DNA of 64,000 bases, from contig OZ199838.1 of NCBI GenBank assembly GCA_964304625.1, positions 14,262,261 through 14,326,260 on the forward strand, written 5' to 3'. Position numbers and translations under genes: made by a program. Each line of letters begins with the position of its first letter. The stretch's first letter is position 1. The stretch is from Kudoa neothunni. Taxonomy: Eukaryota > Animalia > Cnidaria. A model generated the notes under the pieces. The model was given only the letters and a program-made list of their open reading frames with translations. It did not search any database and had not been told where the DNA came from. Positions 39,569 through 53,186 of the stretch are shown here, one piece after another.

Positions 39569-41543
39569 CCCTTTGGCGTTTGGCGATCCAAAAAACATAA
39601 CCTCGAACATTTTTGGAGTGTATTACACCCCACTTTTTATTGCATGATAATACTTAAATAAATCGATTGATCATAATTTTAGAATCATACAAAATTCGAC
39701 GGTAGAGAACAGAGGAAAATAAGCGTTAGCTTTAAGCATCAAATCTTTTCGTAATGACATCGGTAAGTGTTCGTAAAATATCGTTGACATTATCAGTCAA
39801 CTTAATGTTTTTAAACAGATTTTTTTGTCAAAATAATTAATCGAAAAACGTATCAATGAAAATATAACAAAAATATTCTTATTTATTGCACCTGAAACAA
39901 CTACTTGATGAATGATTTACTCAACAATATCTGATCTGTATCTGTAGCACCTCTGGCACCATTTATTTGTTTTTTTATCTTCACTTGGTTCACAGTACTC
40001 ACATCTAGATTGTTTGGAACTCAGAGGTGGATTCTTTTTCGAAACGACGATTTTCTTAGATATTTTCTTGATGACTTTATTTTCGGACGAATTATTTATC
40101 AATAAGGGATTGTCAAATCCTTCGGCCATTTGTTTCAAAAAATTACGCCTGGTTGTCGTGCTATCATTAAAAATATCCTTAAATAATGCAAATTCGTTGA
40201 TTAGAGATAAATCCACCATGTTAAAAACACTATTAGAGGGCACCTTCCTGTGAATCTGCGTACTGAAACCGACGTTAACATCCCATCGATGTTATCGACT
40301 CCTCCTTTTGTTTCGTTATAATTTAGAATCACTAGAGGCTTACACTTAGCTGACTCATCGTTAGCAGAAGTACCGATTTCGACTTATTACAAACATAGGA
40401 CGTCAGCAGGAATTTTTCGTAAAACACGAAAGTACTACTGTAGAGGGTTCTTTTTCTTGAAGGAAGAAGACAAGGAGGTATCTCTTTTTTTGTTTTTCAG
40501 AACTGTTCCCAGGAAGGTAAGCTTTTTCTGCAATAGATTTTTCGCAAGGGAGAGTGATGAAAAAAAATTGTCTGCAACAACATTTCTACCTGAATGGAAT
40601 AGTGGTGTTGACAGTGCAAGGACAACACTTTCACTCAATCCGAATTGTCGAATGGTTTCATAGTTATTTTTCCCAAGATATAATACACTGATGTTACAGA
40701 CATAATTTGCCACTGGATCGACTAAGAGAAAAAACTTTAGGCCATATTTTGCCGGCTTCATCGGCATATACTGTTGGAATGGACATCTTTTCTTGAACGA
40801 AACAAGTTGCTCGTCTATGGTTACGTCTTGATTTGGTGAAAAACATCGGGGGTAATGGTAATAAATCAACCCATTGATTCCATACATCACGGATTGGGCA
40901 AAATTTATCTTTTTTTTCCTTCCAATCGTGTATTAAAATCATCGAAATGGAGTGCCCGAGTAATTTGAGTGAATCGACGGAGTGAAAAAAGCCTTCTGTA
41001 TACCTCCTTACCTTCTTTTACACCGAAGAGCTCGCATAAAGGCTCTTGTCGGTCTTTATGAGTAGCCACCAATACGAGAAGACCAAGGTAACCTTTAAAT
41101 TCCACAAGGTCTAATTCAATCCAGTCTTCTTTAAAATGTTGCATTCCAAACACGTTGGTAAACGAAATAATCTGATGGCATATATCATTGTTGGAAAACA
41201 GAAGGAAGAAATCTAGTAAGCATAGTATCTTTGACGTCGCATAAGCTGTAACTCTAGGTAAGGAATTCATAATGTTTTCTTGGCATGCTTTAGTTGTAGG
41301 TGGCTTGGATAAGCTCCATGTAATTCCGCATTTGCTTGTTAATATGTTGCTATGTGCTGCCGGAATTTCAGCTTAATCATCAGTAATTTCATCCTCTTCT
41401 ATAATGTGATCCTCGACTTCGCTGCCAGACGAACATAAATCGTCACTATACTCACTAAGGCCGCTTACTTCCACATTGTCAAATATACACGGCATGCGCA
41501 TTTATTATATCGGATAACTATTGTATTGCGCAGGCGAACTCAT
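39569..41543 (-). mobile_element. piggyBac transposon with disrupted PGBD4-like transposase
   Basis: ORF fragments with VTIDEQLVSF..RCPFQQYMPMKPAKYGLK, VVADNFFSS, FLGTV and a C-terminal Cys-rich RCEYC...WCQRC. A TTAA|CCCT end is at 39565-39572; the other TIR was not found. Confidence 0.9.
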
Positions 41544-42668
41544 GTAACTGCCTTACGAAACTCATGATTTCGGAACAACTATGGATTTCACGTCATTAAT
41601 ATTACGTATACGTAACAAATATATTTATTCCTATTATTTAAGCAAAAATAAATATAAAACAGCAATTGGTGTTGTATAATTTTAGCTTCGAATTGTGACG
41701 TTTTACTTTTGAAACTAAGTAATATTTTTACCTATTTTAACTCATTTAATTCTTTCAGTTTATTTTTTTAAAAGAATTTAGAATTTTATAGTATAAATAT
41801 TTGAGTTATTATCATAGAGATGATAATTAAATAAAATATTATATTTATTTTAAATAAGTCTAAATGATATTTTATATTCTAGAAAAATGTTTTTTATGTG
41901 AAAGTATTGTTAGATAATCGTTGATTAATTCATTAATATAACAAAATTAATGTTATAAATAATCTAAGTATGCCTATGAAGCATCTAACCAGTTAAAATG
42001 AAACAAGTTACCTAATTTAGCCGCTGTATTTGTTTAATGGGATCAAAAGAATATAAGAATATATATTCAGTCTTAAATGTTGATGTAAATACCATTTTTA
42101 TAAGAAAGAGTCAATTTATAATTGGTATTATAGGTTTATTCTGTTTAAGTATTTAGAGATAGTTTCATTAATTAATCCCAAATGAGTGGTTTTCATTGTA
42201 CAATTAAAAGTTGATTTATATTTGCATTACAATTTAATATCTATAATAACGAAAAATAGGAACTTTTTATTCATATTATTGTAATATAACGATATATATT
42301 TAAAAATTGAGTCATCTTGTCAAATATTACTGATATGCGTATTTTGAGAACAAATGACGAAATATTAAAATTTTTAACTATCATAATTGTGGGTAGCCTG
42401 TTACATTTGCGTCGCCAAAGTAAGAAGCATTGTTATAGAAGGTATTTGAATATTAGTTACTTAGTTTTAAATTAGTATTGCCTAAATTTAATTATAATCA
42501 TATCCAACTGAAGTATATTTCCCCAAAATTAATGATAATTTTTAGATTCATACCTATAAAAGTTTTGGAACATTCCTCCACTTGGCTAATTTCCATGATC
42601 TTCCAGGATCATTGACCCATTAAAATCAACCATACACGTTGCAGTACTTTCGTGATCAAAGATATAAA

Positions 42669-43128
42669 ATGATCTCCCCAAAATTATATCCAGTTGAAGT
42701 CTTCGTGATCCCAGCCGCTGTTGTTTTAGCGTTGATCATTATTTTTATTTTTATTATCATTATTATTTGTATCGTGAAGCGGGGAAAACATGGGGCAGAA
42801 GTTCAAAGTAAGTTACGTTTTTATAGACTCGTATATAATTATGATTTTTTATATAATTTTACAAGAAACATTTTCATAATTGATGATTATTTTAGAAGAC
42901 AAACTTCCTCCTTCCGTCCTGGATGCATCTACAGCCAATGTGGTTCATTTCGGGGCTGGGAAGATTCTCCCACCAGGTTACGCTCTAAGTCATATACATT
43001 CATCGCCAAATGTTCATCATTATCAACCTTACATACGATTCCATCCATCAGGGCAACAAAAAAATAGAGAAATGTACATTCACTCTCCCATTAGTGATCA
43101 TCTCCGTGACCCGACTTCATCAACGTAG
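42669..43128 (+). CDS. Small single-pass membrane protein with PPxY tail, paralog 3 (2 exons)
   Basis: Exons 42669-42807 and 42896-43128: MISPKLYPVEVFVIPAAVVLALIIIFIFIIIIICIVKR...KLPPSVL...LPPGY...SDHLR...*. Confidence 0.75.
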
Positions 43129-44630
43129 ATACATCTAATAACAGTCCAAAATGAAACGCAACTTAAACATTATTCTTTTATATCATTTTTGACTATTTAT
43201 ACTTAATTACTACTTACTCTGATTGTTGTAATACTATAAAAAGAACCAGTAACCATAGATATGACTTACTTGTGCATTATTAATTAAAAAATAAATATCG
43301 AGGAAATAGTTTATTTTATTTCAATTTAATAAGTATCAAAGTTATTTTTCCCACTAATTTTAGATTTGAGAAATCAAATAAAAAGAATATTTGTTTATGT
43401 ACACAATTAAATATCAACAGTGATGATATTTCTAAAAAAATATTAATAATGTTTAATTGAATTTTGGTAGTTAAATTTTTCAATATTTAAAAATTCAGAA
43501 TCTCTATGGTAATAAAGTATCGAAAAATAATTTAAACTTCTTTTATCTACAAAAGCTGAATCATTTATAAAAATGGCTGACTAAACTTTTATATTTATAT
43601 TATACAATGTTAGAATTTTTAATATTTGAATCATCTTTTTAAATCGCGATGATAAATAATTTTTTGATAATAATGGTGATACATAATATGGTAATAAAAT
43701 AATTTCAAACAATTTAATAAAATATTTCTTTAGCATAAAAATATTTCTCCTCGTGACTATATTTTGCAATGAATGGAAAGTCATTATTTTTTGAGAGTGA
43801 TTAATTCTAATATGCTTCGATTTGAAGGAAACACGGATTAAATCAATTTATGAATTTCACGTCAAATTACATGCCTTTAAAAATTATTTTGTCTTCATTG
43901 CAAATATACTTAGAAATTAATCTATTTAGTTTTAATACAACAATTTTGATTTAGATTCTACGATTTTTGAGCCACAATGCATGAAAAACATATTTAATAC
44001 TCTACTGATAAAATTTTCTCATAGAAATGTATAAATATAAAGAATTTTAATCCACTCTCAATGAACCAGGGAATGTAAAATATGTTATAAAACGTTTTAT
44101 CCCTAACATTATATTAATAGGAAAAAGGTAAATCTGTGATTCACGAAAATACTTCTATGATTAAACAAATAGTGATAAATTGATTTTTAATACTTTGCGA
44201 ACACAAATCAAATAATTTTGGTTTGTTTCCTTATAGTTAAAATTTAAATTATTGCATTTAAATAAATAGAATAAGGCCCGTCGAATTACACTTTATCATC
44301 TAAGGACATACCTTGTCAAAAATTATTGCTGACTGGCTGATTTCAAAATAAAGGCCGTTAATTTAAACATAGGTAAGTTGGTTCATAATTATTTTATTAA
44401 TTCATGGCATTTATGTGGCTAATGGGTTTTAATTATAAAAGAGTTTGAAAGGATTTATTATTTTGAATTAATATGTAGCTTTATTTCAAAATAGAAACAA
44501 ATAGGCGTTGTTTATATTTCAATAATAACCGATACATTTATTGTTTTGATAAACATCTTGTATTTTGTTGGAGTGTCTAATAAAATGAGGTAGTATTTTC
44601 CATGACTGGAAACAGTTAACACAAGTTAAA

Positions 44631-45108
44631 ATGCCCATATATCCAATTGCTTTGAAAATCCTAGTTGATCGTTGGGAAAAGAAAATGAAGGATTATTTTG
44701 AAAAGAAGGATTTTACTGGTAGTTAAAAAGATATACCAACACATTCAATCAATATTTTAGTCGATCCAATTGATATTATTTCGGTTGAAGTTGATATAAA
44801 CGATTTCCGAATATCGTTCACCACAAAAAACTACATTCCCATCAAATCAATCTATTTTAACAACTACATTCCTCTAAGTTGTTTTTACGGAGATGACAAC
44901 ACCGAACTAATGGTATTAGTCTATTTACGCTCCCAATATCCCCCACGGAAATTGTTTATGTGAGTTCGATAAAATAAATCTTTTTTTATATTTTTAAAAG
45001 TTTTGTTATGATATTTAGGTTTCTAGATTGGATAAAACGGGAACCTGAACTTCAAAACAAATGCTTTATATTTAGTAACTCTTCTTATTTCTTCTTGTGT
45101 CTCATATA
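44631..45108 (+). CDS. Putative small spliced gene of unknown function (possibly partial)
   Basis: Three blocks join in frame via short GT-AG introns: MPIYPIALKILVDRWEKK..FT / VDPIDIISVE..PPRKLF / MFLDWIKREPELQNK. Confidence 0.4.
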
Positions 45109-45257
45109 AATATATTAAAATATTTATATCACTAATTGGGTATATTTCGTTCCCGCGGTTTATAAATAATTAAGTTATCAATAAGCATTATCAATAAAGA
45201 ATTGCAGTAACAAAATCTACATACTTTTTCTGATTTTATGTTGTAATTCTAAACTGG

Positions 45258-46270
45258 GTAGCGACCTATATCTGTGTTCGCGCCTCACACTAAAGAAATT
45301 CGGCGCAATGATTAATTTATAATTTTGACGATATATTCATTTTCGAACACATTGAGGAGATTAATTTTATATATTATAGTTATGTTTGCAACGAGGTATC
45401 ATAATGTTTAAAAATATTCCCACTTTCACTGAGCTATTAGACACATACTCAAAATGTTCTTGTGGTAGATGTATGGCAATAATCCCGGGGAGTTAATTCA
45501 GTAATGGATACCGGAGTAAGTATTCCCAATACGAAAAACGTACATACATCAGAATTAGAATGGAAATCATTTTTGAGTCCTCATAACTTCTCCCATGGAA
45601 ACTTTTTCTATTTTTGGTCTCAAATGACAAAAAGTAATCTACCAATTTCATCATCATTATCCACTATTTATGAATAAAGAACAATAACAGGTTATTAGAC
45701 AACAGAAATTAGAAGAGAATTTAAAAAACGGAAGTTTTTGAAACGTTGTATAAATTGATGAAACTGTCATCATCAAAAGAAAATATAATTTTGGTCCTAT
45801 GCTAGAAAACCAGCAGTATTGGATCATTGGTAGGATCAGCGAAGACGGGGGATTTTTTTCTTTAAATATCCCAACGCAGGAACAGAAATGTTCCTTAATA
45901 ATTTATATATGAACATGTTGAAGAGGGAAAGACAATGTGGGTAGATAATGGGCGTGAATACAACCTTTTGTAATATTTAAACTTCATCAATAAAACCATA
46001 ATTCATAATCGCTTGTTTGTCCCAAACGAAAGTGTTCACATTAAAAAATTGAGGCTATGGGGTGACCTTCAAGATGAACCACAGAAATGCAACAAATAGA
46101 ACGTTTGGAGGACTCTCTGACGTCGTTTTTTATTTCATGATCAAGAGTAAATATAATGTAAAAGAACTGAGCACATTTTATAACTAATGATGGAGCTACA
46201 AATATTTAAATCTAGTTTTCGATCGTTTCTTTTCTCCAGTAGCGAACATCGGATTTTGAATTTTAACTAC
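45258..46270 (+). mobile_element. Merlin (IS1595/ISXO2-like) transposon relic
   Basis: Relics KCSCGRCM, IDETVIIKRKYNFG, QYWIIG, WVDNGREYN and HNRLFVPNESVH..RLWGDL follow the ISXO2-type motif order. The inverted termini GTAG...TGTTCGC are weak. Confidence 0.7.
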
Positions 46271-46414
46271 TGTAGCCGAAAATGTATGTAACAGATACAA
46301 AAATTTTAAAATAATAACTGAAATAAGTAAAAATATATAAATAAAATATGAATCATCAAAAAGTAAAGAAGACATAATTATGATTGATTCGAAATGTAAT
46401 TAAATATTATTTTT

Positions 46415-47585
46415 CTACATTTTTTCTTTTTTAAAAATGTTCGTTAACGTGCCTATCTCAGGTATATTTATTTCCACTTTGTCTCCATCCTAAAAACAAA
46501 ACTGTTAAACATACAGTTACGACGATACGCTGTATACTTTTAAAAATGCAGGAGGATGTAACGAAGAACCCGTTCCATCGGGGGTTCCAGTCAATATTAT
46601 ATCTCCAGGATACAAATAAAAATACCTACAGTTATCATAAATTTAATTAAAAATAATTCCTATAAATTTTCCACAAAAAGCTACTTTGATATTTGCTCAA
46701 TTATTTCCGGTATAGATATGATCAACTGAGAAACACAGCCTTCTTGTCTTTTATCTCCGTTGACAAATGTTGATATAGTAAATTTGGTAGGATCTAAACA
46801 ATTATGAACTCGCCTTCCAATCAACGTCTATGATAAGCTATCCTACCTAAATTGGCATCGGCGACAACCACACAAGGACCAATAGGTAGGTAGGATTCGA
46901 TAGATTTTCCAAACATTATTTGTTTGTTTGTGTCTTTGATGAATCCTTTTTCGGTGAGATCATTACAAATGGTATATCCACCAACATGTTTCATTGCTTC
47001 TTCCTTCTATATGTCAGAATTCATATATTTAATGTATAGCACTGTGGAAATCATAGTAAAATCACTTTGATGTATTTTCCCCCTTTGCCAATAATAACCG
47101 CAAGTTCTCCTTCATAATCGGTCATCTAATTCCGCATTAATAAATAATCAAACTTCTAGTGGAATAACCTGCGAATTTTGTGGCATAACTACAACCTTCT
47201 CGTGGCCAGTGATAGCGAGACTGGATTTTTCAAAATAAAACGGTGTTACTTTGGTCCCATCGGAAGCTGGATAGTTGGCTCCAAGACCTATAATTCGGTT
47301 TGAACCTTCCAATGGAGACAGTATTTCCACATCAGAGTGATTAATGTAATTAGATTCGATTTCACGAGCCCTAACAAATGTTAGTTGATTAATTGATTAG
47401 AGATGTTACCTGGCAATGATGTCTTTGTTGTGATCCCAATCTTCGAGCAGATTCACAATTTTGATTTGTGAACTACCTGGGCAGACAACATTAAAGTCAA
47501 CAATTTTTCCCTTTTCAGGCAAATAAACGCCTGCCCGAGTAAGATCATCTTTTCTAAATCGCACTAATTTGGTGCATGGAGTCAT
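46415..47585 (-). CDS. FAHD2: Fumarylacetoacetate hydrolase domain protein (FAHD2-like), spliced
   Basis: IIGLGANY, FEKSS, DYEGELAVIIGK, GGYTICNDLT, GKSIESYLPIGP, VNG..RQ and YPGDIILTGTPDG motifs; has the N-terminal extension typical of FAHD2. Confidence 0.88.
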
Positions 47586-48245
47586 GATAAGATGCCTATA
47601 GAATCGACCTAAAATCAATGAATACATTAGGATACTCGGCCTCGCGAAGAACAAAATATTCGTAAGTAACTGGCTTTATTGTTTTGCTTTTAGGAGTCGA
47701 ATACCAAAAAATGTCAAATATATTACAGTAACGCTGTGTGAGGTGGTTAGATTCGTAGCAAGTCGTTTTCAGCGTCCATCTGGAACACAATTGTTATTAA
47801 TGTGGGAAGCCTTAATAATCTCCCAATAAATCTCTCATTAATTCACTATATACTAGAAGTTATCGCACCCGAAATCCTCATCCTTAAGAATAGTCTGAAA
47901 TTATATATTTCTTTAATTCCCACGGTTTAGTATCACATTTACTACCAACTCAAAGTCAACATTCCATGTTCACCACATTTTTATTAAAAAAACTCTATTT
48001 AATTCAATTTATGGGGTTTTAATGGCACCCCACAGCAGAAAGCTTCAACAAATGAATTTTATTAATCTTATAAATAAATTAATTAATTTGTTAAATTAGA
48101 AAAGTTTCTGAACCTACGAACTTTATAAAATTAACTAAATTTATCTTCTACATATTAAATTATATTAATTAGTCTCATCCAACATAAAAATGTAATTTTT
48201 CACATATGTATATAAGGCATATTGGAAACCTCCCAGACCGTGTTG

Positions 48246-48331
48246 CCAGCCATAGCTCAGTGGTAGAGCGGGGGACTGTAGAGGCATCCATAGATATCCC
48301 TAGGCCGTTGGTTCAAATCCAGCTGGCTGGA
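48246..48331 (+). tRNA. tRNA-Tyr(GTA) with 14-nt intron
   Basis: Acceptor stem CCAGCCA/TGGCTGG+A; A box TAGCTCAGTGG; anticodon GTA at 48278-48280; intron 48282-48295; B box GGTTCAAATCC; downstream oligo-T. Confidence 0.93.
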
Positions 48332-49708
48332 CTTCCACTTTTTATTTTCTTGTTTTTCTTAGTAGGTTTAATTTCATTGCACTTACTTTATGGCATGATC
48401 TAATATTTTTGTTCAATCATATTAACATATCAGTAGGCTGCGGAACTCTAACTATGACTATCCGATTTTAATATGGCGCATGCGCGGATTAAAATAGATG
48501 ATTCATCTTTGAAAACAAACACTAATTACATATTTCGACTTACCTTGCATATAATTTTTTTGGAAACGAGAATTCCCTCGCTCGTATATAAGAACTAATG
48601 CTGTCAATTGTTTTGTATTAGTATAAGATTAATTCTATATTTATTGTTTTAGGCATTTTTCGAATTATAATAATGTAAAAGTGAATTTATATTCAAATGT
48701 ACACTTTATGCAGCCTAAATATGTTTGAGTGACTGATTTTTATAAAATGGTTAAGGTATACACAACAGTTTAAAGATGGGCTTCCCGATTGGGGGTCCGA
48801 AATATATTATACACGATTTAAAAAAAGCAATCGAAACTTATGAGTATGATGAACACAATCATTCGATAAATTTTATTACAATTTAATTTACGCTTTCAAC
48901 CTGCTTTTTCTATTAATTAGGGGCTGAAATAAAAATAACATTTAATTTTTTTTTATTAAACCATAAGACGAATAAGAATTATACTTTAACTACTGTCATA
49001 ATTAAGTATTTGTTGAATTATTTTAGACTTTTATACTACAAAACAGAATCAATTTGTATTAAAAAATTATATAAACTAATACTTTACATTTTAGATTTGG
49101 TAACATGTTCGTTTTTCCCATTTAATTTTTAAATTTGTATTAAAAACCAAAAACTACAAAACCTAACATCCCGCGCAGGCGTATTATTCGCTTTGATATT
49201 TTTCACTAAAATAATATGCCAATTCAATTATAAAATATGACCTATGTATATATTTATTTAATGAAAAAATCTGTATTTCGACTTAATTCTTTATTATCCA
49301 AAAAGACAGAAAAGAGTTAGTTTATTGTCAATTTTATTTACATTGTTTTCTTCTTAAATAGATGATTTTTTTTATTGTCCATGAAATTTCAATAGAGATA
49401 TTCTCTCCCTAAAAATAAACTCATTTATAAATCTCTTTTTTGAAAAGGGGCGCGGAACCATCCTCATGAGAGGTGATAGGATATGCGGAATCCAAAATGA
49501 ATCGGGATGCGCTGGATGGGAAAGAGAGAGGAAGGAACCCACAATAAAAATAACGATAAAAATAAGACACTCAGTAATATTTGAAATGTAACATAATTTG
49601 ATGGTCATCAGAGTAATGTAAAAAGATTAGAACAACGTGTTCAGGTGATTAATTGACCTTTGTGAATAACCAAGAAAAACAAAATCATTAAATATATGAT
49701 TGTAGAAA

Positions 49709-52700
49709 TTAATAGAAATTGGTATATGTATTATTGTCTTTTTGGGGCGTTGTTATCAAATGGATTAAAGGGTAGGATGTATTATTAGGATCGCCAAAAG
49801 GAGGGAAAAGATTAGAGTTTCTAGTGGTGTTTCCATATGAGAACGTTGCGGGGTCAGATGCAAATGGATTATTGTTCATAAAAGGATTTGGTTGAGCTTG
49901 CGAAAATTCCATGTACGGAGCGGGCTGATTGGGAATCCCTACAGAAGGTTTCCGAGAAACGTTTTGGGAAGGAATTTGGGAAGTGGAGCTAAAATTTGTA
50001 CTGATGAATTATTCTTTGCCATTTCGTTAAGTGTGAATTTTTTCTACAAAAACACAATTAGTAATTTATGCCAGCAGTTAACAAGAATTTAGATTGTTAA
50101 TACAGCTTATAGGTTACTGACACAGTAAATATTCCATTATATAATCGACTGAAAATGTTTCTGTTGTTTAAAATGAGATTTTATTTTTTAAATTAAAAAG
50201 AAACAAATACGGGTTGGTTAAAATTTGTCAAAATTACCGATATTTACAAAATAATCAGTACCACGAAAGACTTATGCACGTGGAGGAGTGTATTAATTTA
50301 GCTAAACGTTCAATCCAACACAATCGATATCAGATGGTTAATTTTGAATGAATACGAGTGAAAATTACGCCAGAATAATTACTAATACAAATAGTTATTC
50401 TTATGGATAATAATGATAATAATAATAATAGTGACTTATGGGTTTTGCGTAATCAAAATCATTAGCGCACACACAACTTTGCGCATGCAAAAATAAACAA
50501 AATTTAAATAATCAGGTTATATTTTGACCAATTAGCACATTTATTTAATTTAATATTAGAATTAATTTTTAATGCAACATGATTTATAATTTGAAGATTC
50601 ACCAAAATGTATTATGCGAAGTGTTAAATCTTTTTATACAACCACAAACCAATTAATAGATGTAGATACTGGTATGATTGCGAGACATCATAAGGAATTT
50701 ATTAGCTTGACTGATAAAAAATTAATGAGAATCTATCATTTTTGCTCTCATCAGTTCAATTCACTCATTCATTTGTAGATCAATATCCATATTTTCTCCT
50801 TTTAGAGTTTTAATTAATTTGTAACAGAACAATCGTTATAATGTTAAAACAACTAATCCGTACGTTTATAATAGTAATAATCAAGGCGGATCTTGCTTTT
50901 ACATCAAAGATCTTCATAGTTCCAAATTTGATGTATGATTTATTAACTAGTTTTTAATAGTATTTTAAAAATTCAATTTTTGGGACAGAGTTAGAATTTT
51001 TCCCGTGTTGACGCAAAGTCACAATCTTCTTTGTTATGAGAAAAAATCATTAAGCATGATCCATATTCCACACAACACATAAAATGCATAAAAACTATTG
51101 ATGATGTAATTTTTCAAGTCGAATAGGGGCAATATGTGCTTAATGTTATTAAGTTTTATAGAGCATATGTTAATTTCCTACACATTGATAATTTATGTTT
51201 TATTGCGATATTACGAACAACCCGTAAGTTACTGTATTCGGCTAATTCTAGCTGTATTTAATTAAGTCTGGCATATAGGGGATAATGGGTGAAAATAAAT
51301 AAATATAACAGTTGATAAAAAATTCACTGCACACATCAACTATAGATAGGAGTTGGCGGGATTAAAATCAGACAATGCGCAAGCGTAAAGGCCATTTTGG
51401 ATTAAAAAATATCCGTTGCTATAGTCATTGCCTAGCAACAGTCAATTATGAAGATAATTTATATATTCAATTTAAATACAACTCCAACACGGATAACAAT
51501 GAATTTAACTTAATTATTATTAGACTCTGAAGTACTTATTAATATTCTGATTTTCAGTCTACAAAAGAATTACAATCCCGCATAAACAATTACTCATGAA
51601 AATCTAATACCACGGTTGGAACAAAATTCTAATTTTTTAATTCTTATTAGCTAATTTAAACAAAAATTTTTATATTCCAATAAAAATAAGTTAACGCACT
51701 TGCGCTTTAGAAAAAAACTATTTACTTTCGCTGGCTGTTGATAAGGGACGGTCAGCCGACAAATTATTGAAATCCAAATCAACAAGGCCTGTATCATTAA
51801 CAAATCTGAAGGCATCACTTGAGATCAAAGGATTGTCTGTTTGTGAGGGAGCCGCTTCATTTAGATTGTTATCAACTGATTGAAAGGAGACGCAGATTTG
51901 ATAAATTCATCAAATTGGTCTCTATTTTGTTGCGCATTCCCGTTATTTCACCCGTGATTGCACTAGCTGGTGAAGGAGAAAAGACATTTTGGTTAGGATC
52001 GATCTGGCCGGGGTAAACATGAGATGGTTGGGCATTGTAAACTGGAGGGTTTGTTGTGGTTGATGAAAAGGAGAATGGCTGTTGTGGTTGAGTTGAAAAT
52101 TGGTTATAAAAGAAGACGATTGTGACGGTTGATTAGCGAAGAAACTATTCGAATTTATGTTAGTAGATGCAGCCGGGGTGCCAGAAGGGTGGCTTTGGGG
52201 ATCGGATTGGATCCATAATTTTGATCCGAAAAAATATCAATAAGTCTAAAGCCCAATTAGATTCATGGCACATCATGTAATGTATCGAATATTACTGTGA
52301 TTGGGTTGTAGGTCCGTTGTTGATATGGGTGGTGGAAGTAGATTTTGTTCGATTTTCGGCGAATGCATCAAATTTATCGCTATCCTAAACACACAAATAA
52401 TATATTTCAAAACTAATATCAACATACACTATCACATCCAGAGCCAGAATGATAACTTTGAGTTTGCATTTCTTGTGCTTCTTGTTTGCTAATAGCCAGA
52501 GCTAGTTGTAATTGAAGATCTTCTTCTTCGCGGTTTTTTGGTGCATAATCAGCTATACCAAATATTTCTTGTTAGTAAATATTTTATAGATATAGAAATG
52601 ATGAAATACGTGCCTGTCTGTGCGGCTTTACATCGCCGTCGTAGGTAAAAGTATTTTGTCTTAGAGAAGGATCTCCATGAACTCGTTGTTTCATCTATAA

Positions 52701-53186
52701 CAAAATTTTTCAATCACATGGATTAATGAAGGTGATTGGGGCTACTTTTAATGATTTCTCCTTTTCAACTTGGAAATATTGCGTATCTTCAATGTATCTC
52801 ACCATACGTTTGGCACGTTCACGTATATAGTTTCCTTTATCTTTGCCTTCTTGGTCCACAAACATGAACATAGTCAATGAGTTCATTACGGCTGATGTGG
52901 TTGTTAAAAGTTTGTACATGTCGGGATGCCCGTGAAAAACCAAAAATTCAAACACAATCAATGATTTGAGCACATGTCTCCAATTTTTTGGTTGATCATT
53001 CAGGCGTCTATACAGAATTTGGTAGATTTCGTGTTGAGATTTCGGATGGTAGGTATGCTGAGCCAACTCATCCAACTCTACCGTGCTTGGAAACCATGGA
53101 TCGTTGGAGGTAGCTTCTATACATTTGACTTCGGGTATTGTGCGATTTTTTACCACATTTTTCACCGATCGAATCACTCTTGACAT
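49709..53186 (-). CDS. EPN: Epsin (ENTH, UIM, clathrin boxes, NPF repeats), spliced; internal frameshifts in the assembly
   Basis: ENTH ORF 52710-53186 (EATSNDPW, KNWRHVLKSL, GKDKG..IRERAK). UIM EEEDLQLQLALAISKQEA at ~52475-52530, LVDLDF at ~51780, several NPF motifs at 49750-49900. The 3' end is approximate. Confidence 0.88.
50429..51234 (-). mobile_element. Internally deleted pogo-like element in an epsin intron
   Basis: Homologous to both ends of 31570-33476; TIR (T)AGTGACTTATGGG...CCCGTAAGTTACTG|TA. Confidence 0.75.

Noticed and set aside
48206-48403. 65-aa ORF
   Set aside because: It overlaps the tRNA-Tyr gene and is spurious.
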